From: Octopus sinensis | Taxonomy: Eukaryota | Direction of reading: 5' to 3' | DNA: 47,035 nucleotides | Assembly (NCBI RefSeq): GCF_006345805.1 | Contig: NW_021834597.1 | Coordinates: 1 to 47,035 of the forward strand | In this document: piece by piece, positions 10,928-21,999 of the stretch | Layout: every line of letters begins with the position of its first letter | How positions within the stretch are numbered: the stretch's first letter is position 1 | The notes under the pieces: generated by a model | What the model was told of the DNA's origin: nothing | Database searches by the model: none | The model's input: the letters and a program-made list of their open reading frames with translations, nothing else | Position numbers and translations under genes: made by a program

Positions 10928-11198
10928 GGCGGCGAGCTGGCAGAAACGTTAGCACGCCGGGCGAAATGCGTAGCCGTATTTCGTCTGCCGTTAAGTTCTG
11001 AGTTCAAATTCCGCCGAGGTCGACGTTTTGTCCTTTCGGGGTCGATAAATTAAGTACCAGATACGCACTGGATCGATGTAATCGAAAGGATGAAAGGTAA
11101 AATCGACCTCGGCGGAATTTGAACTCAGAACGTAGCAGTAGACGAAATTCCGCTAAGCATTTTGCCCGGCGTGCTAACGTTTCTGCAAGCTCGCCGCC
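10928..11198. mobile_element. Two family A SINEs fused tail-to-tail in inverted orientation
   Basis: Plus copy 10928-11085 and minus copy 11083-11198 share CGA at the junction. Confidence 0.9.
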
Positions 11199-11434
11199 CT
11201 TAAAGTGGATCTATATTAGCATGCATATATGTGTATGTCTGTGTATAATATATGTTAACACAACTGCATGTTTCATGGAGTATTTTCAATTTGCTCTGTG
11301 TATGTATTTGTGCATATATGTTATGACTTATATATACTAACGCCTGTATGTATATGTTTCAAGTTTTCTTCTTTCTGTTTTTATATATACGGATGCATGC
11401 ATATATGTATGTCTGCACCAATATATGCGTTGTG

Positions 11435-11469
<35 letters not shown>

Positions 11470-11829
11470 TCGTTGTATGTGTAGAAGTGTTTAGCTAGGA
11501 AAGCTGGTAGATTACATGTAACAGACGGGGAAGGTTAATTCTCGAAATAATCCGGAGGTATTGGCTTTCATATCCTTCCGTGGGGATTTTTTAATTATAT
11601 CTGACGGGGTGAGTCAGTGCACAATAATGATTTATTAGAATGGGTAAGGGACCACAATTTTATTAGAGAACACGGTGTAGTCGACTGAAACGATACCAGT
11701 GTATTACAGGTATAGCTATCGTGAAAACCCTACAGCGAATGAAATAAAACGCCGATAGCAGCGTTAACTTAACTTGGACCGTATAAAGAGGCAGCAAGAT
11801 ATGTATAGACAGGCACATCCATTTATCTA

Positions 11830-11871
<42 letters not shown>

Positions 11872-11955
11872 TAATAATAATAATAATAATATAATAATAA
11901 TAAAGAGTAAGAAGAAAAGAAGAAGAAGAAGAAGAAGAAGAAGAAGAAGAAGAAG
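11830..11955. repeat. (TAA)n then (GAA)n trinucleotide array
   Basis: Direct reading. Confidence 0.95.
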
Positions 11956-11956
11956 A

Positions 11957-12066
11957 AGAAGAAGAAATTTTGCCACAAAGGCAGCCATTTTGGTGGAGGG
12001 GATGTGTCGATTACATTGACCCCCAGTATTCTACTGGTACTTAATTTATCGACCCAGAAAGGATGT
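11957..12066 (-). mobile_element. Family A SINE, 3' half
   Basis: GTCGATTACATTGACCCCCAGT...GGTACTTAATTTATCGACCCAGAAAGGATG is the reverse complement of the core. Confidence 0.75.
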
Positions 12067-12070
12067 AACA

Positions 12071-12166
12071 TCTCTTAACCTTCACTCGTCCTAGGACGCT
12101 GGGTGTGTCTCGACAAGTAACAAAAATGTAGCAAAAATGTAATAAAAATGCAGATGGAAAGTAAAT
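12071..12166 (+). mobile_element. Extremely 5'-truncated Dong/R4 copy (3'UTR only)
   Basis: Homologous to 15388-15466: CTCTTAACCTTCACT..CCTAGG.CGCTGGGTGTG...ATGCAGAT..AAAGTAAAT followed by (AAT)n. Confidence 0.8.
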
Positions 12167-12175
12167 AATAATAAT

Positions 12176-12397
12176 AATCCTTTCTACTATAGGCACAAGG
12201 CCTGAAATCTTTGGGTGGGAAAGGGGTCCAGTTGATTAAATTGACCCCAATACACAACTGGTATTTATTTTATCGACACAGAATGGATGAAGGGCAAAGT
12301 TGACCTCCGCAAAATTTGAACTCAAAACGTAGCAGCAGGCGAAATAATGTTAAGCATTTCGTCCAGCGTGCTAACGATTTTGCCAGCCGGCCGCCTT
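12176..12397 (-). mobile_element. Family A SINE with (ATT)n tail
   Basis: Full reverse-complement copy; its tail appears as AATAATAAT-CCTTTCTACTATAGGCACAAGG on the plus strand. Confidence 0.85.
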
Positions 12398-12399
12398 AG

Positions 12400-12462
<63 letters not shown>

Positions 12463-15400
12463 GGGGAATGATTTGACAACCTTAAATAATCTCATTTATT
12501 CCACTGCTAAAGTAGTAACTACCCAACTAGGTATTAAGATGACAAAGAAAAAGGCCAGGCATGTCAATGAACCTCCTAAGTGGAAAGTAGCGATACAAAA
12601 AGAGATTGAATCTCTGCGGGCGGATGTTTCAGTTCTCGATGAGCTTGCTAGAGGAGTGAATATTAAGCCGAGAAAGCTAGAAAAATCAAGCAAAAATATA
12701 AAATCAAAGATCTCATAAACCTCCCTGCAACTAAGGAACTGTTGAAACAACGGATACAGTTGAAAGTTCAACGGCTTAGAAGGTATGACAAAAGAAACAA
12801 ATTTTATCGACAAAATAAATTTTTTAAGACAGATGCAAAGAAATTTTATAGGGAAATTGGCAAAAATAAAATACACATAGAAGATCCACCTAAGATTGAG
12901 GAAGTGGAGGAGTTCTGGAAGAAGGTATGGAGCAACGAAAAAGAGTTTAATGCTGAGGCTGACTGGATAGAACGTGAAAGAGAGACTGGATGAACTTGAA
13001 GAACAGAAATGGGAAGCAATAGGAATAGAGGAGCTAAGGTGTGTCCTTAGGAAGGCTCATAAATGGAAAACCCCAGGACTGGATCGGATCCCTAACTTCT
13101 GGCTGAATTGTTTGACAGAGGTACACGAACATCTCGCTGCATCTCTGTCTGATGTCATTCAGAACCCAGAGCAATACCTGCTTGGCTGACTGAAGGAACC
13201 ACCTACCTATTACCTAAAACCGAAGACACAAAAAACCCAAAGATTACCGGCCAATAACATGTCTCAACACCACCTACAAAATCCTCACATCCATAATAAC
13301 GGAGAGAATGTACGCTTTCCTTGAACAAAATTCTATCCTCCTTCCACAAGCTCAAAAAGGTTGTAAAAGAAACTCTTATGGGTGCAAAGACCAATTGCTC
13401 ATAAACAGAATGATTGTAGAGAATTGCCGGAGCAAAACAAAAACCTGAGTATGGCATGGATAGACTACAGGAAAGCGTATGACAGTGTCCCACATAAATG
13501 GATACTCAAGGCCCTTGAGATATACAAGATCTCTCCTGTCGTCTCAAAATTCTTAGAGAATAGCATGACCATGTGGAACACACGTCTCTTTCTAAGCCAT
13601 AGTAATGGGATGAGCCAGTCCAACAGCATCAACATCAACGAGGCATCTTTCAAGGTGACTCCCTCTCTCCATTACTTTTTTGCATGGCACTGATCCCACT
13701 CTCAAACGAATTGGATAGTACCAGATATGGGTACAAAGTTTTTAGTAAGTTAATAAACCACCTTTTCTATATGGACGACCTAAAGCTGTTTGCCAGGAAT
13801 GACCAAGAGCTAGAAGGGCTGCTAACAACTGTTAAAGAGTTTAGCAATGATATCGGAATGGATTTTGACCTTGATAAGTGTGCTAAAGCAACTTTTGTAA
13901 AAGGCAAGCTCAGGCAAACAGCTTCTGTTAAATTAGATTGACACTACCATCAAGGAACTTGACCCACAGGAAAGTTACAATATACTAGGAATCAACGAAG
14001 GAGATGGTATACATCATGCTACTATGAAGGAAAAAATAAGAAAGGAATACTACAGGAGAATAAGGCTTGTACTGAAGACTGAACTCAACTCCAAAAATTG
14101 CATTGAAGCCATTAACACCCTGGCACTTCCATAGTCCAGTACAGTTTTAACATCATTAACTGGAACCTTACGGAACTCCAACGCTTGGACAGGAAGACAA
14201 GAAGTTACTGACATCCAGAGCATGCACCACCACTAAGGCAGATGTAGACCGCTTGTACCTACCTAGAAGCAGCGGGGGGAGAGGAATGATGCAATTAGAG
14301 CTGTGCTATAAGACCTCTACTGTAGGAATGAACAGGTACCTATCTAGTACAAAGGACTGGATGCTGCGACTTGTGTGCGAACACGAAAGCAGCAAAAAGC
14401 TACATTCTATTGTGAAGGAAGCTTATAAGTTCGAAAGGGATCTAGACATTAACCTTGAATCAGATGAAGAGCCGGAAACCACTGCTACCAAGCAAGCAAA
14501 TCGAATCAAGCAGACTGCAAAAAAGAACGGGCAGAATCAAATTGAGAGGCGGTGGAGCCAGAAGCCCCTGCATGGACAATATATTCTCCGAAGCCAAAAT
14601 GCTGATGTAGACCAAGCAACAACCCATCAGTGGCTGAAGAGCTCTGGATTGAAAGCAGAGACTGAAGGTTTCATAATGGCAGCACAAGATCAAAGCTTGT
14701 TTACCAGAAATTACCAGGCTAACGTTCTCCGAAACGGTACTGACCCTAAATGCAGATTCTGCGACACATTTGACGAAACGATAGACCATCTCGTTTCGGG
14801 ATGTCCTGTGCTGACACCAAACGAATACAAAATCGCCACGATAGGGTAGGACAGTATATACATTGGAAGATATGTAAACACTACAAATCCGACACTCCTG
14901 CTAACTGGTATGAACACCATCCTCAGCCAGTTGTTGAAGGTAAAGATGTCACCATCCTCTGGGATTTTCCAGTCAACACTGACAGAACGATCAAGGCTAA
15001 TCGACCAGACATAATTGTTAAAGACAGGGAAGAAAATACCTGCAGACTAATAGAAGTAAGCGTCCCCACTGATAAAAATGTATCTGTCAAGGAATTTGAC
15101 AAACTTAGTAAATATAAGGACCTGGAAATCGAAATACAGAGGATGTGGAATCTTAAAACAAAAACTGTTCCTGTTATTGTAGGTGCCCTAGGTATGATAA
15201 AAAAGGGATGTCAGAAACACCTAGACAATATCCCTGGAAAACCATGTCTCAAGGAAATCCAAAAGATTGTGCTAACAAGTACTGCCCACATCCTTAGAAA
15301 AACCCTATCAATGTAAATGTTTGTGTTTGCATTACATGGAATATATCTCTACTTCCCCTCCCCAAGCTTTCAGCTATATTTCAACAACTCTTAACCTTCA

Positions 15401-15466
15401 CTTGCCCTAGGGCGCTGGGTGTGCCCCGGCAGGTGATTGCATCAAACATGCAGATTAAAAGTAAAT
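12463..15466 (+). mobile_element. R4/Dong-clade non-LTR retrotransposon (RT + CCHC + RLE), 5'-truncated, inside (TAA)n
   Basis: Motifs read across frameshifts: WKTPGLDRIPNFW, YRPITCLNTTYK, QKGC, IDYRKAYDSVPH, GIFQGDSLSPLLF, LFYMDDLKLF, DKCAK, YLPRSSGGRG, HGQY, CRFCDTFDETIDHLVSGC, RHD, RPDIIVKD, IEVSVP, KLSKY, PVIVGALG; stop at 15316; TAA arrays on both sides. TAA-repeat targeting is established for Dong elements. Confidence 0.95.
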
Positions 15467-15469
15467 GAC

Positions 15470-15473
15470 AATG

Positions 15474-15504
<31 letters not shown>

Positions 15505-15533
15505 TGATGATGATGATGATGATGATGATAATG

Positions 15534-15593
<60 letters not shown>

Positions 15594-15630
15594 TAATAAT
15601 AGTAACAATAATAATTATTATTATTAATAT
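15470..15630. repeat. (TAA)n/(TGA)n array
   Basis: Direct reading; lies between the Dong 3' end and the tail of a minus-strand SINE. Confidence 0.95.
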
Positions 15631-15639
15631 CCTTATTGT

Positions 15640-15830
15640 TATTTCTTCTATTGGTCCAGGGCCAGCAATTTTGGGTGAACCCAATACTCAGCTGGTATTT
15701 CCTTCTTTTGCTCCGAAAGGATGAAAAGCAAAATCGTCCTCGGTGAAATTTGAACTCCGCACGTAAAAGCCAGAAAAAATACTGAAAGGCATTTACTTCA
15801 AAGCTCTAACGATTATGTCAACTCACCGTT
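15640..15830 (-). mobile_element. Family A SINE, diverged
   Basis: CCGAAAGGATGAAAAGCAAAATCGTCCTCGGTGAAATTTGAACTC is the reverse complement of B box plus core. Confidence 0.7.
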
Positions 15831-15896
15831 TTCATTGACAATCACGAAGAGATTTGCAAATCCCGACATGCTTTTTTCCTTCTTTTGTTACTGTTT

Positions 15897-15932
15897 ATTT
15901 CTGGTGAAGGAGTGGCGTCCGAAACGTCAAGT
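15897..15932 (+). ncRNA. Minimal hammerhead-like motif (core CUGGUGA-A)
   Basis: ATTT-CTGGTGA-A-GGA-GTGGCG-TCC-GAAA-CGT-C-AAGT: stem II GGA/TCC, GUC triplet, stem I ATTT/AAGT. Confidence 0.55.
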
Positions 15933-16079
15933 CTTTTTTTTCCTTTCTTTTCAAGCAGTAAATCAATAAAACTTTTGTTAGAACTCATTCCTCCTTTGTT
16001 GTTTTTTTGTGCTTTTTTATCTTCTTAATATATATGTTTATATACATAGATACATAAGATAAATAAATAAATAGACAGT

Positions 16080-16195
<116 letters not shown>

Positions 16196-16275
16196 TTGAT
16201 TGATTGATTATTTATATATATATTTATACACACACACGTGTGTGCATGTGTGTGTGCATTTATACATATACACAC

Positions 16276-16312
<37 letters not shown>

Positions 16313-16334
16313 CGATGATAACGGCATTCCCCAA

Positions 16335-17282
16335 CACGATGCTTAAGAAATAGCAGAAATACTGCAGAAACAATACTGCTCTGTCTTTAGTGATCCCACT
16401 GTTATTGACGTAAGAGAAGCGAACGAAGTTGATTCCCAACATAAAACCTCGGACATAACCTTCATTGCCTCAGGCATCATAGCAGCAGTAAATAAGAGCA
16501 AATGCTATTCTGCTGTAGGCCCTGATAGATTCCCTGGTAGTCTCCTGAAAGAAAGTAGACACCAACTTGCAATCCCTCTGACCAACCTTTGGACAAATTC
16601 TTTAGACTTAGGTTATATACCGAAATAGCTCCTATCCCAGTTTGTCATCCCAGTTTTCAAACAGGGAAACAGATCCCTCGCAGTCAACTATCGCCCTATC
16701 TCACTCACCTCCCACATCATTAAAGTGTTTGAAAGAGTGGTAAGATCAAGGAAAGCTGACTTCCTGGAGACCCATAAAACTTCTAAATGCAAATCAGCAT
16801 GGCTTTCGCCGTGGCTGGGACTGTCTAACACAGCTCTTACACCACATTGAAGTTATACATAAAGCCTTGGGAACAGGTTCGAACTCTGATGTCATATATT
16901 ATGACTTCAGTAAAGCGTTCGACAGGGTTGACCATAATGCCTTACTCTCAAAATTAGCAAATGTCGGAATCCGTGGAAAACTTCTACACTGGATTAAGTA
17001 TTTCCTGGCGAACAGAACACAAGAAGTTGTGGTCGATGGAGTCCACTCAAGCCCAGTAAAAGTTACCAGTGGTGTCCCTCGAGGACTGTCTTCGGTCCGC
17101 TCCTCTTTATAATTTACGTAAATGACCTTTCCAGCGTCGTAAATCACTGCAAAGTGAAAATATTTGCTGATGACACTAAGCTCCAGCAAATCGCCAATGA
17201 AGAAGACCGAACTCAACTCCAGCCTGATCTATATACTGTGAGTCAATGTGCAAACAAAAACAAAATGGTTCTGAACGCTCTC
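16335..17282 (+). mobile_element. Decayed CR1/L2-group LINE reverse transcriptase fragment
   Basis: SAVGPDRFP, VNYRPISLTSHIIKVFERVV, NQHGFR, DVIYYDFSKAFDRVDH, WIKYFLANRTQEVVVDG, SGVPRG, IFADDTKL; with stops and frameshifts. Confidence 0.9.
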
Positions 17283-18149
17283 AGGATCCATCAAGCCAGT
17301 CGTCAGAACTTTGTCGTCATCCTGATAATGTGCACTTGGAAAGAGGTATCATCACTCACGTCAATACCCATATACATATATACGAAGCGTGAGGCAAAAG
17401 ATGTAAAGGCGACTTCGGGAGTATTTGAAATCTGAATGTGGTGAGACAGGCAAGGAATTTACGAGAATAAATAATGAGGTTTCTTGCCGCTGTAAATAAG
17501 AAACGGAACGCTTATTTGGTTCACTTGTTTTACCAGTTTTCAAATATTATGTCTGATATTTTACATTACCCTATTTTTATTGAGCAATGATATAGAAACC
17601 TTTTTTATAGAGCCCGATATACAGATAATCGAGAATCCACAGTCAGTCTCCGTGTAAGCTAAACTCAAAATATTTAGACACTAACTAAATATGAATGGAT
17701 ACTTTCCAGCATTTCAGAATTCTACAATTTTCGCCATATTCCTAAATGTATTACAAACGCATAATTTTTATTGCCACTTTTAATGGCTTATCGTATGCTT
17801 AATCTGTTTCCGTATATCTGTAGATTTTGCTTCTTGACGGCGGTCGAACAAGATCTCATCAGCTGCTTTTCATCAGCAACACAGGTTTGGAGCTTATAAG
17901 GCTGATGCTGATGCTACTACACAGAGTACAAACGTAAATTGTAGATACACACAAAAAATGTAGTAGTAGTAGTAGTAGTAGTAGTGTTTGGAGTTGCTAC
18001 AGATGGGTTTTGAGACTCGGTAAAGTGAACTGAACAGGCAGTGATAAGAACTGTGAAGTGTGGATATTGTTACCGTGCAACAGGCTGTATCTCATAAAGT
18101 GGTGGCTCTCTTTCAATATGAGTTTGAGTATCATTCTTTCATTATTAAT

Positions 18150-18545
18150 GGTGGCGAGCTGGCAGAATCGTTAGCACGCCGGGCGAAATGCATAGCAGTA
18201 TTTCGTCTGCCGTTACGTTCTGAGTTCAAATTCCGCCGGGTCGACTTTACCTTTCATACTTTCGGGGTCGATACCAGTTACACACTGGGGGTCGATGTAA
18301 TCGACTTAATCCGTTTGTCTGTCCTTGTTTGTCCCCTCTGTGTTTAGCCCCTTGTGGGTAGTAAAGAAATAGGTATTTCGTCTGCCGCTACGTTCTGAGT
18401 TCAAATTCCGCCGAGGTCGAATTTACCTTTCATCCTTTCGTGGTCGATAAATTAAGTACCAGTTGCATTCTGAGATAGATCTAATCGACTGGCCCCCTCC
18501 CCCAAAATTTCAGGCCTTGTGCCTATTGTAGAAAGGATTATCATT
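18150..18545 (+). mobile_element. Family A SINE dimer
   Basis: Head, core, X tail, junction AAAGAAATAGGTATTTCGTC at 18363-18382, second B box/core, tail GTAGAAAGGATTAT. Confidence 0.9.
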
Positions 18546-18551
18546 TTTGTT

Positions 18552-18762
18552 AAGGCGGTGAACTAGCAGAATTGTTAATGCGCCGGGCAAAATGCTTTGT
18601 GGAATTTTGTCCGTTTTTACGTTCTAAGTTCAAATTCTGCTGAGGTCGACTTTACCTTTAATCCTTTAGGAGGTCGATGAAATAATTACCAATTCAGCAC
18701 ATGTAATCAATTCGCCTCACCCTCCAAAATTTCAAACCTTGTATCAATGGTAGAAATGATTA
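18552..18762 (+). mobile_element. Family A SINE, older copy directly downstream
   Basis: AAGGCGGTGAACTAGCAGAA...AAGTTCAAATTCTG...AGAAATGATTAT. Confidence 0.75.
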
Positions 18763-19102
18763 TGGATGTGGTCGGCGGACGTGTCATGCAGTTTGCAATG
18801 ATGCAAAATGTGCTGTTTTGTCAGAATTGTACTTTCTTGTGTTTCATTGTGGAAAAATAAAAGGTCATGGTAGGACTGGCGTATTCCATGAGATATCTTA
18901 ATATCATGTTTTTGCACCAGTATTTTTATTTCTTTGAGTTGGCCAAATATGAAGGTGTGGGTTTGTGTTCCTTTGATTTGTTTGTATCTCTGACTTTTTT
19001 GTATTGACTTTTACGTGTGGCACGGATCTTGTGAGAGATGTTCCATATAATTCATAGAATTTTCACTTCTCTGCGTGAGTGAATGCATGTTTGCCTTTTT
19101 GC

Positions 19103-19147
<45 letters not shown>

Positions 19148-19300
19148 GTGTTTAAGTTGTAGTCGTTTATCATGCATCAGGCTTAATCAGAAATCTTATA
19201 ATCCAGAGTGATCCCGCCGTGAACATCTAATAATTCTTTCAGACATTCTGGATCTAGTGCTTCATTGTCTAACACCATAATTTTTAAAGACAGTAAGATG

Positions 19301-19610
19301 CGAAGGCGCATATCCTAGAGATTAGGATGTTGGATTCACAACCGTAAGGCTGTTGGTTCGATTACTCGATCAGGCAGCCTGTTGTGACCTGGAGAAAAAC
19401 ACATCATTTCGCGTTGCTCCAATCAACTCAACAGAAAAGAAAGATCGGCTGGGTGCGGCTGCAGCCGTCACAACGTCGATGATCCGCTGAGTCAAGGGTG
19501 TTACGGGCAAGAAGGTATCTATATCTGCTCACGACTACATGGGCACCTATAGCAGTAAGCATGGTACAAGCTAACAGGTTGTACTCGCAAGCGAGTGACG
19601 GCTAAGCTCT
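19301..19610 (+). mobile_element. Family C SINE inserted into an E-D element
   Basis: GAAGGCGCATATCCTAGAGATTAGG head, GGTTCGATTAC B box; flanks (19170-19300 and 19615-19655) are the two halves of a minus-strand E-D element. Confidence 0.6.
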
Positions 19611-19794
19611 TTAGAGTGTGAATTGTTGGAGATTTGGTACTATTTCTAGCATAGAGGCTCTTTCGATGATTTGCGTGACATTTGAATTATTGATTATGAG
19701 CATTAACTGAATTTAACTATGTTTAGTATTTCTACTAAGAAAGGCTCTGACGAATCGTGTGAAGGCTAATTTTACTGTGAACATTTCGTTGACA

Positions 19795-20030
19795 TGTCAA
19801 ATGAACTGGAAAAGCTATTAGTACACCGCTATTGGTGACTTTAATGTGATAAAGGACGGGGCTACAACGCACAACATCGGTTTAAATTCTCCAATGGTGT
19901 AGCAACGTCTTAATAGATTACGTGGTGCTTGATCATTAAGCAATATGGGCACAACGATCAGACGGATTCCCAAATCTCCAGCAATGAGCATCTGGATCTC
20001 ACCCAGACTGTAACACTAATGAGAACTGCA
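19795..20030 (+). mobile_element. Probable LINE AP-endonuclease remnant (RTE-like)
   Basis: IGDFN at 19831-19845, then NG..RLIDYV-like and WISP (19993-20004) in the expected order across frameshifts. Confidence 0.45.
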
Positions 20031-20137
20031 AGAACAACAAAAGTGACTAAAAGATAAGAGTTTCGGGCACACAGACACAGACACGCACACATATGGGTAC
20101 ACCTATCCATACTTATACACCTACCCATACTTATATT

Positions 20138-20173
<36 letters not shown>

Positions 20174-20347
20174 ATATATATATTATATATATATATATAT
20201 TATATATATATATATGTGTGTATGTCTGTATGCATGTACATATCTAGCTATACTAATATATACATAGCTATGTACATATATATACATAATACATATAGAA
20301 ATAACTAGGTAAGGAACAATATATATATCTATGTGTATATATATATA

Positions 20348-20378
<31 letters not shown>

Positions 20379-20397
20379 GCATGTATACACTCGCACA

Positions 20398-20444
<47 letters not shown>

Positions 20445-20956
20445 ATGTATATACGTATGTAAAAACGTATGCATGTGACTAAATTCAACACGTTTGCTAC
20501 TTAGATTGATGCCATCTGTAAGCTGTTATATGAATATATACTTCTTGGCATCACCGATTACATTGCGAAACTGCTTCTGTGAGAAGCTAAGTGCTTCTGA
20601 TTAGTTCTTTATGTGTCAACAGAAAGGGTAGATCTTAGCCATAAGTTTAACATGGTAATTTCGATTTGGGGGATTATGTATTGTAAAACATTATAATAAT
20701 AATGATAACAACAACAACAAAAACAGCAGCGGTAGTAATTTTAATGATTTCTCTATTAGCTGCAAGGGTTCAAAGTGATACAGAAAAGAAATACCAGGAA
20801 AAGTAAAAGTAGGGTCTTACAAAGACGCGTGGAGTTATAAAATACCACAAGTGGATGAAAGGCGTTGTGCAAATCATTATGAAACGAATTAAAAATTTAT
20901 AAAAATACGAAGATATTTTCACAAAATAAAATAAAGCACAATAATTCAAATAGGAT

Positions 20957-21360
20957 ACTCTTTTACTCTTACTCTTTTACTTGTTTCAGTCATTTGACTG
21001 CGGCCATGCTGGAGCACCGCCTTTAATCGAGCAATTCGATCCCGGGACTTATTCTTTTGTAAGCCCAGTACTTATTCTATCGGTCTCTTTTGCCGAACCG
21101 CTAAGTAACGGGGACATAAACACACCAGCATCGGTTGTCAAGCAATGCTAGGGGGACAAACACAGACACACATACACTCATATATATATACATATATATA
21201 TACGACGGGCTTCTTTCAGTTTCCGTCTACCAAATCCACTCACAGGGCTTTGGTCGGCCCGAGGCTATAGTAGAAGACACTTGCCCAAGGTGCCACGCAG
21301 TGGAACTGAACCCGGAACCATGTGGTTGGTAAACAAGCTACTTACCACACAGCCACTCCT
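20957..21360 (-). mobile_element. Family B SINE, full length
   Basis: Head, core, internal (TA)n and tail with (AAAGAGT)n end, all on the minus strand. Confidence 0.92.
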
Positions 21361-21483
21361 GGATATCTATATAAAATCTAATTGTTTACTTGCGTTGATC
21401 AAAACGATCCACGTTCTTGATTAAGCATCAGTGTATTTCTTTTCGGTATTGCTTCATAGTTACAGATACTAGAATCTTCCTTA

Positions 21484-21704
21484 CCCTTTTGATACCAACC
21501 CGGCCAAAACCGCCTCTGGCTCTGTGGTGCAAATGTCTTACTTTCATAAGTATTGAATTAAAATCTTCCACCAAACCTTAGTCACAATTTATGTTCCCAA
21601 CACTAGCTTAATGATAACTAAGTTCTTTTACTAAATTCTTTGTTATATTTAAAGTAATTGAAAGAAACACAAAGCATCTCAAAATAAATAAGGTAACGAA
21701 AGGG
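21484..21704. mobile_element. piggyBac-type MITE
   Basis: TIRs CCCTTTTGATACC and GGTAACGAAAGGG (11/13 match); right flank TTAA, left flank degenerate TTA. Confidence 0.6.
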
Positions 21705-21767
21705 TTAAGGAGTTCTTGGTTTGCAGTAAGCAAGTGAGAGTCAATGTCACCAGGTATATAAACACTC

Positions 21768-21999
21768 AAGGCGACGAGCTGGCAGAAACGTTAGCACACC
21801 GGGCGAAATGCTTATCAGTATTTCGTCTGCCGCTACGTTCTGAGTTCAAATTCCGCCGAGGTCAACTTTGCCTTTCATCCTTTCGATGTCGATAAAATAA
21901 GTACCAGTTACGCACTGGGGTCGATATAATCGACTTAATCCGTTTGTCTGTCCTTGTTTGTCCTCTCTGTGTTTAGCCCCTTGTAGGTAGTAAAGAAAT
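21768..21999 (+). mobile_element. Family A SINE, X-tail monomer, 16-bp TSD
   Basis: TSD AGGTATATAAACACTC at 21752-21767 and 22000-22015. Confidence 0.92.
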
